NCBI GenBank assembly: GCA_951406725.2
Contig: OX597816.1
Coordinates: 136,276,001-136,340,000 of the forward strand
Direction: 5' to 3'
From: Octopus vulgaris
Lineage: Eukaryota
Length of the DNA stretch: 64,000 bases
Shown here: positions 26,131 through 39,425 of the stretch, one piece after another
Layout of the letters: every line of letters begins with the position of its first letter
How positions within the stretch are numbered: position 1 is the stretch's first letter
Notes under the pieces: model-generated
What the model was told of the DNA's origin: nothing
The model's input: the letters and a program-made list of their open reading frames with translations, nothing else
The model's database searches: none
Translations under genes and position numbers: made by a program

Positions 26131-26634
26131 TGATGCCACTTAGCGTGCGGTCTACCAAGCCATTTATACTTTAGCGTGCAGTGTAAGCCTAATGCTGAAA
26201 AATAACCCTAGATCCTAATCCTATACGCTATTCCTAACTCTAGACCAGTGATTCTCACTTGGGTCCATATAAAATTTTGTTTTTAAAATTTATGTGCAAT
26301 AAATTGCTTATACATCCATAATACAAAAATATTTTAATTTTTTGTACAATTCCTAATAATATTTAATGATAAAAATACATGAAGATTTTTTTATGTATAC
26401 ATCGAATGGCTATGGAGATCCAGTAGAGTTGAAATAAGAATCAAAAGGGTCCATAGGCACTAGTTGAGAACCACTACCCTAGACCCTAAACACAAACCTT
26501 ATTCTTAAACTCTAACACTGACTTAATCGTAGGTCCAAACTCTATCCCTAAGCCTTAGCCTCCTAACCCACATCAGGTATTTCACAGTGTAGACTACGGA
26601 TACTGCGGTAAGACTGCACGCTAATGTAGCTCCT
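26131..26634. mobile_element. MITE-like element with CCCTAA-like interior and a nested hAT MITE
   Basis: Inverted CTTAGCGTGCGGTCT / AGACTGCACGCTAATG; flanked by AATTGG on both sides. Confidence 0.45.
26246..26476. mobile_element. hAT-like MITE
   Basis: CAGTGATTCTCA...TGAGAACCACTA termini; near-8-bp TSD CTCTAGAC/CCCTAGAC. Confidence 0.65.
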
Positions 26635-26673
26635 AATTGGCTCTGTCCGCACTAATGCGAGGAAAACTAAGTA

Positions 26674-27242
26674 CGAGGGTGAGTCAAAAAGTAATGCCAT
26701 TTTGTTTAGGACAGGTATAATTACCAGCACAGGAACCATGCATTATACACCAAAATGAAGCTGGTCCTCCGTGGATCACATCCCTACTTCTCAACATAGT
26801 CACCGTTTCTCTCAATAGCAATATTCCACCTTCGAATGAGAGCATGTATCCCTGCCCCGTAAAATTATGTTGACTGTTCTTTGAGCCACTTCTTCACTAC
26901 AGTTTGCACTCCTCGTCACTGGAATAATTTAGCGCTTTCAGACTATCATCTCTTCAGCCTCATGAAAGAGGGTTTGAGAGACAAACATTATTCCAGTGAC
27001 GAAGAAGTGAAAACTGTAATGAAGATAGTGGCTCAAAGAACAGTCAACAGAATTTTACAGGGCAGGGATGCATGCTCTCATTCGAAGGTGGAACATTGCT
27101 ATTGAGAGGAACGATGACCATGTTGAGAAGTAGGGATGCGATCCACAGAGGACCAGCTTCATTTTGATGCATGATACACGTTCCTGTGTTGGTAATTATG
27201 CCTGTCCTAAACAAAATGGCATTACTTTTTGACTCACCCTCG
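26674..27242 (+). mobile_element. Internally deleted mariner element with long inverted arms
   Basis: TA|CGAGGGTGAGTCAAAAAGTAATGCC...GGCATTACTTTTTGACTCACCCTCG|TA; remnant LALSDYHLF...SSDEEVK (mariner YSPDLAPSDYHLF motif). Confidence 0.9.
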
Positions 27243-28907
27243 TAGTTTAAAAAGTGGCGAAAGGAGAAGAGAAAACATGAAACATCAAATATTGTAAGTA
27301 TACTTCAAGTACATATAAGTAGATTTCTAACAATCTGATACAATGTGAATACTTTAACCAACATTACTCTGTTGATATGAGAGGGCTCGGTGGAATGTAG
27401 TCTCAATCCCATTTATGTGATATTTGCCATTGTCGAGAGAATGAAAATGTTTATACTAATATATACTATTACATAGTATCCACGTAATAGTATATATTAG
27501 TGTTGTGGAAAAGAGGGCTTATGTTATGGAGACAAACAATAGAAATTTTAAGATTTTGACTTCATAATAAAACCCTGAAAGAAAGTAATACGAAAATAGT
27601 TTCTTGTTTTTAAAACCATATCGATGACTCAATCGAATGCACGCCGGAAATGACTATCCTGTCGAGTTTTTAGATAAATTGTATTTAAAACTATATTATT
27701 CAATGTGTTTCTCCTTTTTAAAAATAGGAAGGTGTAATTTTAGGAAGATTTGGCTGCTATTTTGGCGAGTCAAGCAATTACATGGAGACTTTCTCATTAG
27801 TTCAAATAAGACAAGTACAAACAATAGACCAAATATTTTACACGAAGAAAGAAACGTGAATATATTATTGCTTATGGTTAGGAAGTAAATACGTTCATAA
27901 ATACCAGATATTTAAGGAAGAGTTAGAATCACTGTTGACAAAATCAGAAGTTTTGAGTGGAATTTTAAAAATAAACTTTTCTTCAATAAATATATGTATC
28001 AAATTGACGGGCGTAGGCGTGGTTTAGCGACATTTTTTTCCGGTTTTACGTTCCCAGTTCAAATTCCACTGAGGTCAACTTTATCTTTCATCCTTTCGCG
28101 GTCGGTAAAATAAGTACCAATTGAGCACTGGAGTCGATGCAAACTACTACCTGCCTATATATATATAGGACGGGGTTCTTTCAGATTCCGTTTATCAAAT
28201 CCACTCACAAAGCTTTGACCGGCCCGAGGCTATTGTAGAAGACATGCTCAAGTTGCCACGCAGTAGAACTGAACTCGGAACCATGTGGTTGGATAACAAA
28301 CTTTTTAACATACAACCACTCCTAAAATCTTTCTGTTCACAAAAGAGTTTCCAGTGTCACTTACTAATTCTTAACTGTATCGTTAACCAATACAAATATT
28401 ATGAAACTAGAACCATTAATCCATTATCAATTCAGCTACATGTTAATTTCAAAATTATGAAATAAGCTTTTCTAATATTCATGTCTATTTTCGTTTATTT
28501 TCCCACGTTTAGACACTTTTTCTTTATTTCTCCGCATCGCACGTCATGACTAAACGTAAACTATCGTTTTACATCGTTATTATCCTGCATTTTAAAATGA
28601 CACAAAGGAATGACGAAAAAACAAAAAAGAAGACTTTATATAGAATTCAAAATATGATTTCAAATGAAATAATAAAACCAAAGAATTCGCCCAGAAACTT
28701 ACGACGTAATAACTTTGACCGTGACCTACTATAAAATATGACTTCACAAATACGATCATTGTTGTGGTCTTGTGTAAAGCGGCGAGCTGGCAGAATCGTT
28801 AGCACCCTAGGCGAAATGCTTAGTGGTTAAGGCTAAACAACTGGCAAGCAAATCTGTGGTATTGAGCAGAATGTATGCTATAACGATATTTCTGTTTCAG
28901 CAACTCA

Positions 28908-29266
28908 GTGCTGAAATGTAATGGAAAATAGGTCAGTTTCAAAACATTGATGTTTAGGTCACAAAAGCAAAGTTTGAAGGGAATAGTAGTCATTTCCTTT
29001 GATTTTTAGATAGAAGCAAATAGGAAATAACACTTACTGACGAAAGAGAAAAATAAATAACTAAAAATTTTGTTACATTAGTGTAACGGTGCTGAAATGT
29101 AATGGAAAATAGGTCAGTTTTAAAACATTGATGTTTAGGTCACAAAAGCAAAGTTTGAAGGGAATAGTAGTCATTTCCTTTGATTTTTAGATAGAAGCAA
29201 ATAGGAAATAACACTTACTGACCAAAGAGAAAAATAAATAAATAAAAATTTTGTTACATTAGTGTA
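28908..29266. repeat. 181-bp tandem duplication
   Basis: GTGCTGAAATGTAATGGAAAATAGG...GTTACATTAGTGTA at 28908 and 29089, with few mismatches. Confidence 0.9.
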
Positions 29267-29397
29267 CGAATCAAACATTCATTAAAATTCCTTATTTGGT
29301 CTTCGTTTCAAAGTGTTTGTTTATTTCAATCCAATCTCAACCAAACAGTACTTGTTGAAACATTTCTCTATATAATATTAATATTTGACCATAATAA

Positions 29398-30045
29398 TGG
29401 CTTCAGATTTCGGTATAAGCCCAGCAATTTCGGGGGAGTGAGGTAAGTCAATCATATCGATCCCAGTACTTGACCGAAACTTATTTTCTAGACCCTTGGA
29501 AGGACGAAATGCGGAATTTGAACTCAGATCGTAAAGTGTTAGAAGAAATACTCCACGACATTTTGTCCGACGATCTAACCAATTTTCAGGCTCTTCACCA
29601 TTTTAATAATAATGGTTTCAAATTTTGGCACAAGGCCTATAATTTCAGGGGCGGGGTAAGTCGATTATATCGGCCCCAAAGCTCGACTCGTACTACTTTT
29701 ATCGATCTCGAAGGAGTGACAGGCAAGATCGAACTCGGCAGAATTTGAACTCAGAACGTAAAGACGGACTAAATGCCGCTAAGCATTTTGCCTGGCATGC
29801 TAACGATACTGTCAGCTCGCTGTCTTCCTAATAATAATAACGGTTTCAAATTTTTGTACAAGGCCAGCAATTTCGGGGGAGGGTTTATTTGATTACTTTG
29901 ACCCAGTGCTCAGCTTGTGCTTGTTTTATCGACCTCGAAAGGGAGAAAGGCAAAGTCAACCTCAGCAGAATTTGAACTCAAAATGTATAGATGGACGAAA
30001 TGCCGTTAAGCATTTTGACAGGCGTCTTAACGATTCTGCTCGCTC
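29398..30045 (-). mobile_element. Three head-to-tail SINE-A copies
   Basis: Units at about 29398-29600, 29612-29825 and 29841-30045, separated by (AAT)n. Confidence 0.75.
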
Positions 30046-30914
30046 GAATCATTTACCGCTGGTATTTAATTTCCTGTCAGGGAACATAATCCGAAATTTC
30101 AACCAGCCTAGACCTGATTCAGTGCATTGTTACTAGATCTTTTAAAAGCAGTTATTTATTAATCTTATAAGTTGATAGCTTCAGATAGAAGTGAGCAGCT
30201 ATAATTGTCCCTCAAAAGTGAAAGCCTACTGGTATTGTTTCAATTTCTTCTAGTACGTCAACTGCCAAATCTTTTTATAACAACAGAGTTGAAATAATAC
30301 ATAAAGCCAACAGCGAGAACAAATAAGTGAAAATGAACTTCAAAATACAATCACTGTAATGGCAATTTCATGAAAGAAAGAAAGACAGAAAAAAAGAACC
30401 GGCTTGATTTGTTTCCATTGTTTTAATGTTGGGCACTAAATACATAAAACCTAAATTTAGTGCACAAGTGAAGGCCAGTAATGTATTCTGCAGCGATAAA
30501 AATCTCCTACTCTTTAGTAGTATCTTGTATTTATATAGCGACTTGTCATGACTTGATATTTTGTACAATTTTTATAGTGAATACCTGCTTGTAAAAGTAC
30601 TGGGAACAGTTATGGTTCGAGGTGGTCTTTGCTACTTCAGATAAAGCTGTCATCTTGTAATTCTTTGTGATTTACTAATAGTAAACGTTGTTACGGTCAA
30701 CTTATGAAGAATACTGATTTCCATTTCTCCTTTTTCTTTTTTCTTTCTTTTTGTTTACTTTCACATGTAAGAGACTCTCGGGATATATTTTAATGTCATA
30801 TTAAATCTTCTGGGCGTTGTAAACGATTGAAATGCAAGTATAATTAAAAGAAATTAAAAGAGATTCTAAAGAAAAAGAAAAAAAAGAATACATAATAGCA
30901 ATAACAACAATAAC

Positions 30915-31532
30915 TGTTTCAAATGTTGGCACAAGGCCAACAATTTTAGGGAGAAGGAGTTAGTCATTACATCGACTCTCTGTACTTAATCGGAATTTAT
31001 TTTGTCGAGTCTGAAAGGACAAAACTCAAAATTCGCCTTGGCGGAATTTGCACTCGGAACGTAGTGTGTCTGAAGAAATACTGCAAGGCATCTTGTCCGA
31101 TGTTCTAACCCTATTTTTCGGCTCACCGCAGTAACAATAATAATAATCTTTTCTACTATTGGTACGAGGCCTGAAATTTGGGTGAATACCTTACATCGAC
31201 CCCAGTGTTTCACTGGTACTTAATTTATCGACCCCGAAAGGATGAAAGGCAAAGTCGACCTCGGCTGAATTTGAACTCAGAACGTAGCGGCAGACAAAAT
31301 ACCTATTTCTTTACTGCCCACAAGGGGCTAAACACAGAGGAGACAAACAAGGACAGAGAAACGAATTAAGTCGATTACATCGACCCCAGTTACTGGTACT
31401 TGTTTAATCGATCCCGAAAGGATGAAAGGCAAAGTCGACCTCGGCGGAATTTGAACTCAGAACGTAAAGGCAGACGAAATACCATTAAGCATTTCGTCCA
31501 GCACGCTAAGGATTCTGCCAGCTCACCGCCTT
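30915..31532 (-). mobile_element. SINE-A array including a tail-B/tail-A composite
   Basis: Units at about 30915-31130, 31147-31303 and 31304-31532. Confidence 0.8.
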
Positions 31533-31551
31533 GATGATGATGATGATGATT

Positions 31552-34500
31552 CTTTCTTTATTGGCAACCAGGGCTGAACACAAAACATAGAAGACGATAC
31601 ACAGACGAGAGATAGTGAGGTTAAACGTGTAAGCAGCCAACAAACACAACTATTAACAAAGCGATTAAATCAACAATATGATTCCCCAACAGTAGGGAGT
31701 TCCACCGTAAATAGACCTCACGCATTTTCGACCCATTAACACCGACGGCTCTTCAGGAAGCACCCTCTCTTCCCCCTTCCATCCGGCCTACAGGCACACA
31801 CATAGAGTAGGCACATTCACGCAGGCCATTCTTACCACATTCACCCACCTTTCAACGAACTTAGTGGGTACAGTACCTCCCTCCTCAGTCTCACTTTCCT
31901 TTTCAGGTGGGACCTGAAAAAGTTAATGAAGCCTTGACCAAAGAGAAAGGTACCCGTCTTCAACCCTTTCAATCACGTCCACCACACACCCTCTTTTGTC
32001 ATAACCACGAGACAGAGAAAATTGCCTTCCCTTCTCGGCCAAGAAAGGAAGTGGGGCGATCTTCAAAATGGACTCGAACGATAGCCGGATCCGTCCTACA
32101 TGTGACAATAACTGTTCAACAAATCTCCACAACTCAGCAATGTGCGGACACTGTACGAGAGCAAGCAGAATGGTTTCATCGCTCCGCGTGCATCTTGGAC
32201 AAGCCCGTCTGACTGCACACCCGTGCCTGTAGAGCTTATCTCGAACCGGCAGCGGCCCCCGGTAGCACTGGAAGTTATCCATAGTTCCCGGCTCGAAAGT
32301 CCTGCGAAAGAGACCAGCGAATTGATTCCCCTCAATGCGCAGGATCTCTCCGAGTATGTCGTCGCTCTTATCCTCCGTGTATGTCATCGCTCAAGCCCCT
32401 ACAGAATTTCAAGGTGGAACTTCTACCGACCGCATTGTCCGACTGGCCGAGGGCTGTGAGCGCGTGGAGACACCCTAGGTGTCAAGCGCCCTGCATCGGT
32501 CTACGCCTGATCCAGGACTGTAGCTCCATCAAGGAGACGAGTTGCGGAAAAGCGCGTTCAACAAACGGCCACCACACCTGCTCACTGCTCACCGTTAAAG
32601 TATCGCTGGAGATGTCGGAGCCTCAGTGCATGTCTGCACATCCTCAGCCACGGCATGCCCAGTCCTCCACGCAACGGGTGATAACAGCAAGTGAACCAAC
32701 TGACAAGCGGTACCTGTCCTTTCCTCCGGAAGTAGAAGAGCAAATGCACCAGCTCGTTCAGCCACGAAGCGGGGCAAGGGACGACAGTCAGGCGATAGTA
32801 TATGACGGATGCGATGTACGCATTCGCCACCTCCGCCCGACATTTCAGAGGGAGATTCCTCTCGGCCAATTTCTGGGTGAGACTGACCACCCTGTCTGTC
32901 ACCTCGCCCCAGTTCTTGTCCACTTGGAGATCCAGACCGAACCAGACCCCGAGCAACTTAACAAGTCTTTCTGTCCAGCGTCCCACCACGCTGTCGGTTG
33001 GCATGGACCTGCCTCTCCAGGGGCCGAACTGCAGTCCCATTGACTTCTCCTGGTTGATAATTGCTCCTGTCACCGCTTCATGTTCCCTTAGGATAGTGCC
33101 GACCATCTCGATTTCCTAGGTGTCCGACACTATCACGGTGACCTCGTCCGCATACGCTGACACGAACCTTTCATATCCGGGTTCACGCGGGATGCCCCTC
33201 GAAGCCTCCAGCTTCCGCAGTAATGGCTCGAGTGCCAGTACGTAGAGAAGGGGTGAGAGTGGGCATCCTTGACGGACCGAAGGTGCGATACTAAACGATT
33301 CCATGAGGTGGCCATTTACTTTGACCTCCGAACAGATGTCATTGTACATTGCTGCGATCCAGGTTTTGAGAACGGGACCGAAATAAGCCGTCTTGATGAC
33401 AACCTCCAAGTACAGATGGTCGGCCCTATCAAAAGCTTTCGATTGATCCAAATGGATCAGGGCTCCATTCTTAGCAAGTTCTTTACCAGCCCTCTCTACG
33501 ATGTATCGCGTTAGGTGGAGGTTGTCGTGTATAGTTCTGCTGGGGTAGCGCAAGTCTGAGCATCACCCACCAGTCTGTCAACGATAACCGCCAACCTCTT
33601 TGCTAACACCTTGGCCAAAAAGTTGTAAATTGTACTGAGCAGAGTTATCGGCCTAAAGTTGTCAACAATACTCCCCTTGTTCGGATCCTTTCTCAGTAGC
33701 GTCACAACACATCTCGGCTCACAGATCCGGGTATTCTCCCATTCTGCTGCCAGTTGCAGTAGACGTCTACTAAAAGCTCACCAAACAAGTCTGGCATCCA
33801 TATGCCAGACTTGTTTGGCATATAAAACTCGAAAGGCAGAGCATCCAATCTCGGAGACCTCTCCCTCGTGCAACTAGCCAGCGTGTCAGGTATATCTTAA
33901 GCTGTTATCAGCATTTCGCAGAACTCCACGTCCCTGGCCGAAAGCTGCGGCATACCATCAAAGTAGGAAGTGAAGTTCACCTTCGCATCCGGGTCACTGC
34001 ACGCCCTGTATAGTTCAGCAAAATGCTGCTGAAATTCCGCACATATCTGCTTTGATTCGTGTAGCATGCGCCCGTCCCGACCCCCGAAAGACCAAATTGT
34101 AGTTTTGTTACCACGTTGCGCCTCGGCCACCCGGCCCATTGAACTGCTTTCGTTCCCTCCTGCTTTAGAGCACGCGCCCAAGCTCTGACAATGCAACCGT
34201 CAAGAATTGGTTCAGAATCAATCTCACTGCCAGCACGTCGGTCGCTATGCTTCTACTGAGTGTCTCTTCTAATTTCCTAACTAGGTTTCCCTCTACTCTA
34301 GTCTTCTTTATCGCTTGTTCTCTTCTAAATTCTACAGCTTCTAATCTAATCGCCCGTTTTAGGCCCCTCCCCTACCATCGGTTCTTGACGACTGCACCCG
34401 TCAACTTTCGATGGAGTAACTTGCTAAGCCGGTCTCTGAAAGCTTGACGCGACGGGAAGGACGCGTTCAGTTTCCAGTATCCGAGTCCTTGCCTATGGAG

Positions 34501-35862
34501 CCTATCTAGGTCAACCGTACAGATCACAAATTTTTGGACTGTGTAGTTGACGAATTCAAATTGTGGACACCCTATGCTATTCCTATCTGCTGGCTTGCGC
34601 ACCCCACTTTCCTATCTGCTAGATTCACATGTGTATCCAAAATGGCGTTCCAATCGCCCACTAACTAAAGAGCGAGACGTCCCTAGAAAGGCCTCCAGGC
34701 GTCTGAAGAACTCCGGCTGCCCCACTCCAGTCGGTGCGTACACTGTGACCAGTCTAAAAGCACTGCCTTCGTTATCGTTCACGTCCAGGACCATCGACTT
34801 AGCTTCAGGGTCCAGGAAAACCGAACGTATCTCGAGATCCAATCCTTTCCTGAACTACACTGCCACCCCACCCACATGCCCGGTCGACAAAGAGATACAA
34901 AAATCTCAAAGTCATTGAATATGGGAGCTAAGGCCCGTGTGTCCGCGATCTTGGTCTCACTGACGGCTATTACATCCAGACTTAGCCACTTGAAGTCGTA
35001 GCACAAGTATCCTTGCTTCCTCAACGACCCCAGGTCACGTACATTTATACAACCTACTTTAAGAACCGCCATGCTGGCCAGGAAGTAAGGAAAGGAAAAA
35101 GGGAGTGTCACTTACCTCCTGGAGCTGTTTGTGGTCGAGTGGTTCTCGTACACTGTCTGATTTGTTGGGGGTTCCTGGGAGATATACTGCTCTGGCTTCA
35201 CGTAGAAAAACCTCAAAGGTAGTCCCGACCCAAATCTCCTTCCTCGATCTTTTAACCTCCAGGAAATTCTTCCCGTCGTCCATACAAATACAGGCGACAA
35301 TTCACCATAAATCCAAGCATAGTGGGACTCCAGGTACCGCCCTTCTTCCCATGTACGTTACGAAGAGGGCGATTTCCTCGATGCGATACGTGGTCACCGA
35401 GTTCTGTATCGTCTGCTCCTCGGTCTTAAAAAGGACCTCTACTCCGCCGTACAGCCTCGCTCTCGCAATGTGGTGAATATCCTGCCATATGTCTTTTCAA
35501 GGCTTTTTCCACCTGGTCGCGTTTAGCATTTTCGAGTTTTCTTATCTTTGTGCTCACGAACCTGTTGACAACTGTCCGTTTGGCTGTTGCTTCAAGCACG
35601 TCGCTTGGAAGCGTCAATTCTGCCCTTCTTCCATTCATTTTCATCTGTTTTGCTGCCTTGTTTAGTTTTTCTAGTTTGTTCTCCAATGAGATGTTAACCT
35701 ATTCCTTAGCTGTCGTGATATTTGCAAAGGTTTCTTTCCCACCGCTAACTCCATTTTTGTTAGATTCTTCACCGCAATTGCTTTCAAAATTGTTTTGCGT
35801 GCTACTACGATTTCTACGTAGTGAGGAAGACCTTCTTCTTCTTCTTCTTCTTCTTCTTCTTC

Positions 35863-35894
<32 letters not shown>

Positions 35895-36240
35895 CTTCTT
35901 CTTCTTCTTCTTCTTCTTCTTCTTCTTCTTCTTCTTCCTGCTGTCTACTGCCAATCATGGTGGGGATGACGGGGAAGCCGTACCAATTTCGTTCCTCACT
36001 CCCGCTTTTCGTCACCATCTTCAATGTTTACTTTATTCGAAGCAAAGTTTCAAAAAAATTTGAATACAAAAAGGTTTGTATCACCCCCAAGGTGGGGCAA
36101 TAATAAAACAAAATGTCAGCCTCCAGAAGGGCAACTGGCTTGCAAAACGATTTAATTAACAAAATACAGTATAGAACCTTTTAAAACAAATGAATTAAAC
36201 ATAAACTTACAGCGCTCCAAAAACACATCTCCAGCTACGG
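31552..36240 (-). mobile_element. Near full-length Tx1/L1-like non-LTR retrotransposon (frameshifted)
   Basis: ORF1 about 36020-35120 with a poly-Glu (GAA)n; ORF2 from MAVLKVGCINVR: APE motifs AVSETK, VYAP, YWKLN; RT motifs NFRPITLL, LDQSKAFDR, VRQGCPLSPLLY, SAYADE; C-terminal CPRC zinc motif; 3' end CCAATAAAGAAAGAA. Confidence 0.92.
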
Positions 36241-36556
36241 TGACAACAACAATAATAATTATAATAATAATAATAATAATAATAATCCTTTCTACAGGGC
36301 CTGAAATTTAGGTTGGCCAATTACATCAACTCCTGTACTCCTGTAAGCTTTGCGCGCCGGCGAAGACCCATTCAGTTTCCAGTGATCAAGTATTTGCTTA
36401 AGTTAGATAACGGCAATGGACAGGCATGAAGCTATTTGTTCATGCTTTTAGTTCAGATACCGTCGGGTCATCTTTGCTCTCATTCTTCTGGAATCGACTG
36501 GACCCTTTTGCCAAAATTTTAGGCCTTGTGCCTATAGTAGAAAGAATTATTAACCA

Positions 36557-36968
36557 GGTGGCGAGTTGGCAGAATTGTTTGCACGCCGAATAAAATGTTT
36601 AGCTGTATTTCGTCTATTGTTAGGCTCTGAGTTCAAATTCCGCCGAGGTTGACTTCACCTTTCATCCTTTCGGGGTCGATAAATTAAGTACCAGTTACGC
36701 ACTGGGGTCGATGTAATCGACTTAATCCGTTTGTCTGTCTTTGTTTGTCCTCTCTGTGTTTAGCCCCTGTGTGTAGTAAAGAAATAGGTATTTCGTCCGT
36801 CTTTACGTTCTGAGTTCAAATTCTACCGAGGTCAACTTTGCCTTTTATCCTTTCGGGGTCGGTAAAATAAGTACCAATTGAGTACTAGGGTCGATGTAAT
36901 CGACTGGCCCCCTCCTCCAAAATTTCAGACCTTGTGCCTATAGTAGAAGGGATTATTATTATTATTAT
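36557..36968 (+). mobile_element. SINE-A composite (tail-B copy followed by a 5'-truncated tail-A copy)
   Basis: Junction ...AGTAAAGAAATA|GGTATTTCGTCC at 36787; ends in (ATT)n. Confidence 0.85.
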
Positions 36969-39356
36969 TGGCTTATATCCACCTACCATTTCAAGACCCC
37001 TCAAAACTAGAGAATTCTGTAATAAACTGACAATGTTCAGTGATGAAACATATTTAAAAATAACCCAAGTAAATGAACTTATTCCATCGTCTCTGAAACT
37101 ATTCGCATCATTTTTCTGAGACCGGTTCTAGATGACTAACATTATTAATAATTGTTTCCTAATTCGTTTTTAAATAATTCATCACATGAACAACACAACT
37201 AGCTGTTAGTAATATATTACTAACAGTTTGTAATTAACAATTTTATATATAGTTGATATTTATTACTAACAAGACGGTCTGATTAACACGGGGCGATGAT
37301 TTAATTAGTAGATGCCATGGTGTAGTGCGAAGTTCCTGGCGAAACGCCAACACATGTCTGATACTTGGCTCATGTACAGGATGATCCAAAAGTCCCTTTA
37401 TCATTAATGTAACCCAGCTAACAACTGAGGTCGGTCGAGGTCTCTATACCTCTTTCACAGCTCACCCCTCCTCACCACAGCCTTCATCTACTTTCCCTGC
37501 ATTCATTAAACACCGGACCCCACTTTTCCTGTTGAATGCTACGGCTTGGGAATTCTGGGATAGCTGTTTACACTGCCAGCCAGCTTGACCACCGCTGAAT
37601 GTTGAGCTAGGTGTGCCCAGAAAATTGAATAGTATCACCGTTATTATATAGCGCCATTTTGGGGACAATGAATATTTATTTCCTCATCTTTTAATAATGA
37701 GATTTTTCTAAAACTTATGGTTTCAAACTTCGGCAATTTCAGGGGACGAGTCGATTTGGTCAACATCAATGCTCAATTAGTACATATTTTACTGGCCCCG
37801 AAAGGATGAAAAGCAAAGTTAACCTCGGCGGAATTTGAATTCAGAACTCAGCCATTTAAACAGCTCTTAGGAAACAATGCACTCACAAGTGCATTGTTTT
37901 GTATAGCAGAAACAGCTGTAAGCTAATAAAAGTGATTACGTAACTCATTCTTTTGTCATTCATTCATAGATAGACACACATCCCGTTCTCCTCATGTTTC
38001 TCGCTCTGAATATTGGATTTTTCACTCAGAAGTTACAGTTACTACATCGTTTCGGATATAACTATTTTAAGCTACATTCATTTTTTTCTTCTAGTCGATA
38101 CTCGTAAATTGATAATTTTCATCTATCTATTATTTATCTTGCATTGAAGCAATTAATTAGCATCTGACAAACATGTTTACTATAATTGGTTCAGCAGAGC
38201 AACCAAGTTATGCAAAGATTTGCAATAAAATCACAATGCTCTCTTTTGATATTTGATTACAATCAATATAAACCTAACCAGACGGCATCTCCGTGATTTT
38301 CCACCTCTCAGTCATTCTAATCCGACAAACACCGACTCACTTTATTTTAAAATTTTGTGTGTGGTTAAGAAGCTCGCTTTGCAATCATTTGGCTTCGAGT
38401 TCAGTCCCACTATGCTGTACCATGAGCAAGTGTCTTCTGCTATGGCCCCGGGTCGACCAAAGCTTTCTTAGTCAGCTACAGTGGAATTTGAACTCATAAA
38501 GCGAAGACGAACGAGATGCCGCTAAGCATTACGCCCGGTGTGCTAACGTTTCTGCCAGGTCGCTGCCTTATCCTTTTTATACATATTGCAGTTTATGTTT
38601 CTCTACTACAAATTAATGCTTTGTGCGCATGATCACACAAACAGGTCCCTGCACTTAGATACGAATGATTTATATATTTGAACTTTAAGTATATTATCAT
38701 ACAATGTATATAGTTAATTAAATTCACATGAAGACTTGAATTACTAAACTATTCACATTTTCTTATAGTTGTTCAAATATATAGTCCATATCGATACAAT
38801 TGGCAGTGTATATCCATATCTCCTCATCTCTCTAAGTTTGTCCATTCTACTGACATGTTCAAAGATAATTACTATCGAAGACACTTTCATTGTGCCTTTT
38901 ATATTTCGTTGACACACTGACAGGGCGCTTAGCCAAATACAGAGTATAAATGTACATTCTAAGTTAAACTGTCCATTAAAAAAAACTATGTATGTGTGAT
39001 GGACTCTCCAGTCGAAGAAGACGTATGAGCGTTCACTTTTGCCGAACGGCCTGAAGAAATAATTTGTAGTGTACGTGCTGCACATTAGCTCACTTTCTCC
39101 AACAAATCAACGTTTCCTGAACAGGTGCACTGTGTACCACGCGTCAGGTGTCGAAATGGTAGCAGGGCAACGGGAATTGAAGCGTTTTGCTCAAAAACAC
39201 AACACACTAACCGATCTAGGAATTGAAACGACGATCTCGCGATCGTGAGTGCAACACCTTAACCGTTTGGCCCTACACACACACATATATGCATGTATGT
39301 AAGGAGATGGGGATATGAATTGTATATAATTTATGTGTATGTATGCGTTTATCATC

Positions 39357-39425
<69 letters not shown>

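Noticed and set aside
36345-36410. AGCTTTGCGC resembling the 5' end of U4 snRNA
   Set aside because: Only about 10 nt match; the rest does not follow U4 or U2
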